NCBI GenBank assembly: GCA_964429175.1
Contig: CAYSBD010000001.1
Location: 7,606 to 52,745 of the forward strand
DNA from: an uncultured Marinosulfonomonas sp.
Lineage (GTDB): Bacteria; Pseudomonadota; Alphaproteobacteria; Rhodobacterales; Rhodobacteraceae
Length of the DNA: 45,140 bases
Reading direction: 5' to 3'
Shown: positions 39,431-45,140 of the stretch, piece after piece
How positions within the stretch are numbered: position 1 is the first letter of the stretch
How the letters are laid out: each line of letters starts with the position of its first letter
Made by a program: the position numbers and the translations under genes
The notes under the pieces: generated by a model
The model's database searches: none
What the model saw: the letters and a program-made list of their open reading frames with translations, nothing else
What the model was told of the DNA's origin: nothing

Positions 39431-42259
39431 TTACAACAAGTCTTTAAGGTAACTTCCCGTGTAACTTTTTGGCTGATCTGCAATCTGTTCCGGCGTGCCC
39501 ACAGCCACGATTTCACCGCCGCCATCCCCGCCTTCAGGGCCAATATCGATAACCCAGTCAGCGGTTTTAACCACGTCCAGATTATGCTCGATCACAATCA
39601 CCGTGTTACCCTGATCGACCAGCTCGTGCAGCACTTCAAGCAATTTGCGCACATCTTCAAAATGCAAACCCGTGGTTGGCTCGTCCAGAATATAAAGCGT
39701 GCGACCGGTCGAGCGTTTGGCCAGTTCCTTTGACAACTTCACACGCTGGGCTTCGCCACCCGATAACGTGGTCGCCTGCTGGCCAACTTTAATATACCCC
39801 AACCCAACCCGCATCAGCGCATCCATCTTTTCACGAATGGTCGGAACGGCCTTGAAAAATGTTTGCGCATCTTCAACCGTCATATCAAGAATGTCCGCTA
39901 TGCTCTTGCCTTTAAAGCGAATTTCTAAAGTTTCACGATTATAGCGTGCGCCTTTACAAGTTTCGCAAGTCACATAAACATCGGGCAAAAAATGCATCTC
40001 GATCTTGATCAAGCCATCGCCCTTACAGGCTTCGCAACGCCCGCCCTTAACGTTAAAGGAAAACCGGCCGGGCTTGTAACCACGGGTTTTGCTTTCGGGC
40101 ATTCCTGCAAACCAGTCGCGAATTGGCGTGAATGCGCCGGTGTAAGTGGCCGGATTTGAGCGCGGCGTGCGCCCGATCGGACGTTGATCAATGTCGATGA
40201 CCTTGTCCAAATGCTCTAACCCTTTGATGGTTTCGCAAGGTGCTGGCGTTTGACGCGCCCCGTTCAGGCGCATCGATGCGGTTTTAAACAGGGTTTCGAT
40301 GGTCAGGGTCGATTTCCCGCCGCCAGAAACACCGGTAACACAGGTGAATTTGGCCAGCGGAAATTCGGCGGTGACCGATTTCAAATTGTTGCCGGTGGCC
40401 TTTACCACTTTGATTTTTTTCTTGTTTCCCTTGCGCCGCGTGGTGGGAACCGCAATTTTTCGCGCGCCGGTTAAATATTGCCCGGTCAGCGAGTCCGGAT
40501 CATTTGCCACCTGATCCGGCGTGCCTTGGGCCACCACCTGACCACCATGCACACCCGCGCCCGGACCGATGTCAAAAACATAGTCGGCACTGCGAATTGC
40601 TTCCTCGTCATGCTCGACCACAATCACCGTATTGCCTTGATCTCGCAGGTTTTTCAGAGTTTCCAGCAGGCGGCCATTGTCGCGTTGATGCAGGCCGATT
40701 GATGGCTCATCCAGCACATAAAGTACTCCCGTCAGGCCCGATCCGATCTGGCTGGCCAGTCGAATACGCTGGCTTTCGCCGCCCGATAAAGTGCCCGAAT
40801 TTCGGCTGAGCGTCAGATAATCCAGACCAACATTGTTTAAAAAACCTAATCTCTCGATGATTTCTTTTAAAATCGCCTTGGCAATTTCGTTTTTCTGTTT
40901 GCCCAGATGTTTTGGCACCTCACCAAACCACGCAAGCGCTTCTTTGATCGACATTTGCACCACTTGGCCGGCGTGCTGACCGTTAATTTTTACCGCCAAT
41001 GCTTCGGGGCGCAGCCGAAAACCGCTACAAGATCCGCAAGATCGGTTGTTCTGGTAACGCTCGAATTCTTCGCGAATCCAGTTGCTATCGGTTTCACGAT
41101 AACGGCGTTGCATATTCGGAATTACCCCTTCAAAAGAACGGCTTACCTCGTAAACTCGCCCCCCGTCATCATAACGAAATTTGATTTCGTTATCACCAGA
41201 TCCATAAAGGAAAACCTTTTTCACCTCTGCGGGCAGCTCTTTCCACGGCTTGTTTTTGTCAAAGCCGTAATGGCGCGCGATCGATTCAATTGTTTGCAAA
41301 AAATAGGGCGATTTTCCTTTGCGCCACGGGGCCAGCGCGCCGTTATAAAGCGTGAGCCGTTGGTCGGGCACCACAAGACGTTCATCGAAAAACAGCTCGA
41401 CCCCCAGCCCGTCACATTCAGGGCAAGCACCAAACGGAGCATTAAAAGAGAACAGCCGAGGCTCGATTTCCGGGATCGTGAAACCCGACACCGGGCAGGC
41501 AAATTTTTCGCTAAAAACGTGGCGTTCGGGCGCATCCGTTGCGGTCTCTAAAATGGCAATGCCATCGGCCAGATCAAGGGCCGTTCGAAAGCTGTCGGCA
41601 AGGCGGGTTTGCAGGCCATCGCGCAGCACCAGACGGTCAACCACCACGTCGATATCGTGGCGAAACTTTTTGTCCAATGTCGGTGGCTCATCCAGCTCGT
41701 AAAATTCGCCGTCGACCTTAATACGCTGGAATCCCTGCTTGCGTAACTCTATGAATTCCTTGCGATATTCACCCTTTCGATCCCGCACAATCGGGGCCAA
41801 AAGATAGGCGCGCAACCCCTGCTCCATCGCCATCACACGGTCCACCATATCCTGCACCTGCTGGGCCTCGATCGGTTTGCCGGTAGCGGGGCTAAAAGGT
41901 GTGCCAACGCGGGAAAATAACAGGCGTAAATAGTCGTAAATCTCAGTCACGGTGCCAACGGTCGAGCGCGGGTTTTTCGAGGTGGTTTTCTGCTCGATCG
42001 AAATGGCCGGAGACAGGCCGGAAATGTGGTCGACATCGGGTTTTTGCATCATGTCCAAAAACTGACGGGCATAGGCAGATAGCGATTCCACATAGCGGCG
42101 CTGGCCCTCGGCATAGATCGTGTCAAACGCCAGCGAGGATTTACCCGAACCGGAAAGCCCTGTGATCACCACCAGTTGATTGCGCGGAATATCCACGTCA
42201 ATGTTTTTCAGATTATGTTCGCGGGCGCCGCGCACCTCGATGTTTTTCTGCTCTGCCAT
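39431..42259 (-). CDS. uvrA: Excinuclease ABC subunit A
   Basis: [40 protein letters not shown], zinc fingers; 942 aa. Confidence 0.98.
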   Translation of the reverse strand: MAEQKNIEVRGAREHNLKNIDVDIPRNQLVVITGLSGSGKSSLAFDTIYAEGQRRYVESLSAYARQFLDMMQKPDVDHISGLSPAISIEQKTTSKNPRSTVGTVTEIYDYLRLLFSRVGTPFSPATGKPIEAQQVQDMVDRVMAMEQGLRAYLLAPIVRDRKGEYRKEFIELRKQGFQRIKVDGEFYELDEPPTLDKKFRHDIDVVVDRLVLRDGLQTRLADSFRTALDLADGIAILETATDAPERHVFSEKFACPVSGFTIPEIEPRLFSFNAPFGACPECDGLGVELFFDERLVVPDQRLTLYNGALAPWRKGKSPYFLQTIESIARHYGFDKNKPWKELPAEVKKVFLYGSGDNEIKFRYDDGGRVYEVSRSFEGVIPNMQRRYRETDSNWIREEFERYQNNRSCGSCSGFRLRPEALAVKINGQHAGQVVQMSIKEALAWFGEVPKHLGKQKNEIAKAILKEIIERLGFLNNVGLDYLTLSRNSGTLSGGESQRIRLASQIGSGLTGVLYVLDEPSIGLHQRDNGRLLETLKNLRDQGNTVIVVEHDEEAIRSADYVFDIGPGAGVHGGQVVAQGTPDQVANDPDSLTGQYLTGARKIAVPTTRRKGNKKKIKVVKATGNNLKSVTAEFPLAKFTCVTGVSGGGKSTLTIETLFKTASMRLNGARQTPAPCETIKGLEHLDKVIDIDQRPIGRTPRSNPATYTGAFTPIRDWFAGMPESKTRGYKPGRFSFNVKGGRCEACKGDGLIKIEMHFLPDVYVTCETCKGARYNRETLEIRFKGKSIADILDMTVEDAQTFFKAVPTIREKMDALMRVGLGYIKVGQQATTLSGGEAQRVKLSKELAKRSTGRTLYILDEPTTGLHFEDVRKLLEVLHELVDQGNTVIVIEHNLDVVKTADWVIDIGPEGGDGGGEIVAVGTPEQIADQPKSYTGSYLKDLL

Positions 42260-42325
42260 ATTCTCACCTGTTCACCAGTTCTTAACCGTTACTGCAATTT
42301 GCGTCGAAGGCCAATGGAAAATAAA

Positions 42326-42340
42326 GAACAAAGAAGGAAC
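42326..42340. promoter_or_regulatory. Alphaproteobacterial LexA (SOS) box upstream of uvrA
   Basis: GAAC-AAAGAAG-GAAC, an exact GAAC-N7-GAAC. Confidence 0.85.
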
Positions 42341-42362
42341 TTGAGTGAGCGCGTGAGGCTTC

Positions 42363-42407
42363 AAAAAAAGCCCTTGATATATTCCCTGATCCGAATGTAT
42401 CAAGGGC
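42363..42407 (-). terminator. Strong minus-strand intrinsic terminator upstream of the uvrA promoter
   Basis: Minus strand GCCCTTGATACATTC-N8-GAATATATCAAGGGC followed by T7. Confidence 0.75.
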
Positions 42408-42448
42408 GAACCGGGTGGCCGGTTGTTTTTTATAAACGGGATACAGAT

Positions 42449-42805
42449 ATGTTTGGACTTTTTGGTGGTGGCGCGGATAAAATTTCTGGCGTCGATGCGG
42501 TTTCACAGGCCAAAAACGGCAAACTGATTTTGCTGGATGTGCGTGATGTGACTGAAGTTAACCAATCAGGCAAAGCCAAAAATGCGCTGCATATTCCGCT
42601 GATGTTGTTGCGTGGACAGGCCGACCCCTCCAGTTCTGAGTGCAATGCCAAGCTGTGCGTCGACACACCGATCGCGATTTATTGCGCCACCGGTGCCCGC
42701 TCTGGTATGGCGGCGCGCAGCTTAATCAAGATGGGTTACAAAACCGTTTACAATATGGGAAGTTTGGCTAATTGGGCCAATGCAGGCGGAAAAATCGTGC
42801 GCTAA
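42449..42805 (+). CDS. Single-domain rhodanese (sulfurtransferase)
   Basis: Likely start MFGLFGGG at 42449; LLDVR, ALHIP, active-site loop YCATGARS, GSLANW. Confidence 0.9.
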   Translation: MFGLFGGGADKISGVDAVSQAKNGKLILLDVRDVTEVNQSGKAKNALHIPLMLLRGQADPSSSECNAKLCVDTPIAIYCATGARSGMAARSLIKMGYKTVYNMGSLANWANAGGKIVR

Positions 42806-42811
42806 ACCGCC

Positions 42812-44218
42812 CTACATGTGAATAACGCGCCCGTATGCATCCAGCACGGATTCATGCATCATTTCCGAAAGAGTCGGGTGGGGAAATACCGTATTGATCA
42901 AATCTTCCTCGGTGGTTTCAAGTTGGCGGCCCACAACAAAACCCTGAATAAGTTCCGTGACCTCGGCCCCGATCATATGCGCGCCTAATAATTCGCCGGT
43001 TTTTGCGTCAAATATGGTTTTCACCAACCCCTCCGGCTCGCCCAAAGCAATCGCCTTGCCGTTGCCCATAAACGGAAACCGTCCCACCTTTATGCTGTAA
43101 CCCAACGCTTTGGCCTTGGCCTCGGTGTAACCAACGCTGGCCACCTGCGGCGTGCAATAAGTGCAGCCGGCGATGCTTTCGGGCTTAATCGCGTGCGGTT
43201 TTTTGCCTGCGATTAATTCGGCCACCATCATACCCTCGTGGCTAGCCTTATGCGCCAACCAAGGTGCGCCCGCGATATCGCCGATTGCATAGAGACCCGC
43301 CACGCCGGTGCGGCAATATTCATCGGTCACAACATGGCTGCGATCCAGTTTAACACCCAGTTGTTCCAGGCCCAGACCTTGCACATTTCCAACAATTCCG
43401 ACAGCCGAGATTACCGTGTCAAATTCGTGCTTTTCAACTTTTCCAGCCGTCTCGATATAGGCTGTCACCTTGGCCTTGGCGCGGTCCAGTTTTTTAACAG
43501 TGGCATTTTGCATAATTTTCATGCCCTGCTTTTCAAACTGCTTCTGGGCCAGTTTAGAAATCTCCTCATCCTCAACGGGCAGCACCCTATCCATCACTTC
43601 AACCACGGTCGTTTCAGATCCTAAAGCGTTGTAAAAGCTAGCAAATTCAATACCAATCGCACCTGATCCGATCACCAATAACTTTTTGGGCATATGCGGC
43701 GGATCCAGCGCATGTTTATACGTCCAAACCCGTTCGCCATCGGCCTCAAGCCCGGGCAATTCGCGTGCGCGCGCGCCTGTGGCAAGGATGATATTCTTTG
43801 CCTGCAATTGCTCAACTCCGCTGTCTGTTTTCACGTTGACGCGCCCTTTGGCTGGCAAAACTGCCTGCCCCATAATCACCGTAATCTTGTTCTTTTTCAA
43901 CAAATTCCCAATACCGCCCGATAATTGCGCGGCCACTTTGCGCGAACGCTTGACCACCGCGCCCAAATCAAAATCAATCTTATCCGCAGACAGCCCAAAC
44001 TCGGCCGCACGCTGCATCAGGTGGAATATTTCAGAGGATCGCAGCAACGCCTTGGTCGGGATGCAGCCCCAGTTCAGGCAAATACCGCCCAGATGCTCAC
44101 GCTCGACAATCGCGACTTTCAGGCCCAACTGCGCTGCACGGATCGCGGCCACATAGCCCCCCGGACCGGCCCCGATAACTACCACATCCCATAGGTTTGA
44201 ATTGGCTTTAGTTGGCAT
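42812..44218 (-). CDS. lpdA: Dihydrolipoamide dehydrogenase
   Basis: GAGPGGYVAAIRAAQ, GGICLNWGCIPTK, LAHKASHEG, HPTLSE; start after GGAG SD (44218 or 44221). Confidence 0.96.
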   Translation of the reverse strand: MPTKANSNLWDVVVIGAGPGGYVAAIRAAQLGLKVAIVEREHLGGICLNWGCIPTKALLRSSEIFHLMQRAAEFGLSADKIDFDLGAVVKRSRKVAAQLSGGIGNLLKKNKITVIMGQAVLPAKGRVNVKTDSGVEQLQAKNIILATGARARELPGLEADGERVWTYKHALDPPHMPKKLLVIGSGAIGIEFASFYNALGSETTVVEVMDRVLPVEDEEISKLAQKQFEKQGMKIMQNATVKKLDRAKAKVTAYIETAGKVEKHEFDTVISAVGIVGNVQGLGLEQLGVKLDRSHVVTDEYCRTGVAGLYAIGDIAGAPWLAHKASHEGMMVAELIAGKKPHAIKPESIAGCTYCTPQVASVGYTEAKAKALGYSIKVGRFPFMGNGKAIALGEPEGLVKTIFDAKTGELLGAHMIGAEVTELIQGFVVGRQLETTEEDLINTVFPHPTLSEMMHESVLDAYGRVIHM

Positions 44219-44337
44219 CATCACTTCTCCGGTCAATAATTTAGTTTGATACTAAACTATCCAGAGCAACGCATCAATGCAGTTACAACCGGCACAACCA
44301 AAAATAACGCAAGACACTGTAAAGGCTTGAGAAATTC

Positions 44338-44910
44338 TTATATTTTGATTGCTTCAAAAACCGTCCCGTAACCGCCTTGCTCATGAAATGAGATTTCCGG
44401 ATCGGTATCACGACGTTTCAGCGGGGCATTTCGGTAAGGAAACCGGCCAAACTGACGGATAACTTCACGATGCGCTTTGGCATGGGGATACAGCGCATCG
44501 CAGCGCTCTGGCATGCGCGATTTAATAAGGCGCAAGCAACGGTTCTGATCACTTAAATTCTCGGAATGCATCATCGGAAGATAGAAAAACTGCCGCTCTG
44601 GCTCAGGTATTCGCATATCCCACAAACAATCCACCGATTTTTTGGCCGCACTAAGCGCCATCTTATCAGTTACGTAAGCTTTTGGAGTGCCTCGAAACAT
44701 ATTCCGTGGAAACTGATCCAGTAAAATCAGGTAAGGTAGCAATTTTTCGGGCCGTAACTTCCATTCGGCATACTGACCTGCACGGGCCTCCTCCCAAACA
44801 GTGGAAAACCGGTCATGAATCTCAGCATCAAGTGCGGCATCCGCATTGTACCAATTATCCTGCCCAACCTCATTCAGCCAAAAATCTGTCACCTGATCCG
44901 CGTTAATCAT
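44338..44910 (-). CDS. DUF924 family protein
   Basis: ILLDQFPRNMFRG, FFYLPMMHSE, FGRFPYRN. Confidence 0.92.
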   Translation of the reverse strand: MINADQVTDFWLNEVGQDNWYNADAALDAEIHDRFSTVWEEARAGQYAEWKLRPEKLLPYLILLDQFPRNMFRGTPKAYVTDKMALSAAKKSVDCLWDMRIPEPERQFFYLPMMHSENLSDQNRCLRLIKSRMPERCDALYPHAKAHREVIRQFGRFPYRNAPLKRRDTDPEISFHEQGGYGTVFEAIKI

Positions 44911-44970
44911 AGGCCTCTCCCTTGCACCTATTTGGACGTTACAAAATTTTCATAATTTGGCAACTCTTTT

Positions 44971-45140
44971 TTAATCTTCCTCCTCATCGTCCTGTGCGGC
45001 CTCGATAAACACCTCTTGGGCCAAGCCCATAGCCACCGGTGATGCTGTCGGGGTAATCGCGGCGTAAGCGCCTGTTTTATCAATAGGAATTGCCGCGCGG
45101 CGGGTCATTCGGTAAACGGCATAAGTAGCCAGAACAAACA
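44971..45140 (-). CDS. C-terminal fragment of a probable MFS transporter (runs off the right edge)
   Basis: ...FVLATYAVYRMTRRAAIPIDKTGAYAAITPTASPVAMGLAQEVFIEAAQDDEEED*: last TM helix plus a tail resembling roseobacter YcaD-like MFS proteins. Confidence 0.7.
   Translation of the reverse strand, partial: FVLATYAVYRMTRRAAIPIDKTGAYAAITPTASPVAMGLAQEVFIEAAQDDEEED

Noticed and set aside
42176-42448. N-terminal extension of the rhodanese ORF
   Set aside because: Overlaps the uvrA start, LexA box and terminator; the domain begins at MFGLFGG (42449)
1-45140. CRISPR array, IS element, integrase or prophage
   Set aside because: No regularly spaced repeats and no transposase, integrase or phage-like ORFs detected

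Overview
A mostly core-genome window from an alphaproteobacterium, very likely Rhodobacteraceae/Roseobacter group (judged from gene content, gene order and regulatory motifs). Housekeeping content: ilvIH with a leader-peptide attenuator, B12-dependent nrdJ with tandem NrdR boxes, tRNA-Pro(TGG), pdxH, fabI, gpt, ppiD, trpE, lpxD, an L,D-transpeptidase/MepK pair, the LysR-mms valine catabolism operon, uvrA with a LexA box, and lpdA. No transposase, integrase, prophage or CRISPR array is visible. The best candidate for an undescribed system is the ~8.8 kb block at 15.55-24.37 kb. It holds an unannotated 52-aa ORF, hemP and a Cys-motif protein in one translationally coupled chain, followed by imelysin, a di-heme DHOR protein, a second imelysin and a Tat-exported DUF1513 protein. 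A convergent orphan MauG-like di-heme enzyme closes the block; it appears to keep the Tyr heme ligand but to lack both hole-hopping tryptophans. Both ends of the block carry Iron-Rhodo-box-like palindromes. Other items of note are an ECF sigma/secreted EF-hand divergon with no anti-sigma, a suhB/MmgR-like sRNA followed by a second candidate sRNA, and a terminator placement that would make the lpdA 3'UTR antisense to a whole rhodanese gene. All family calls are by motif recognition from memory; no searches were run.
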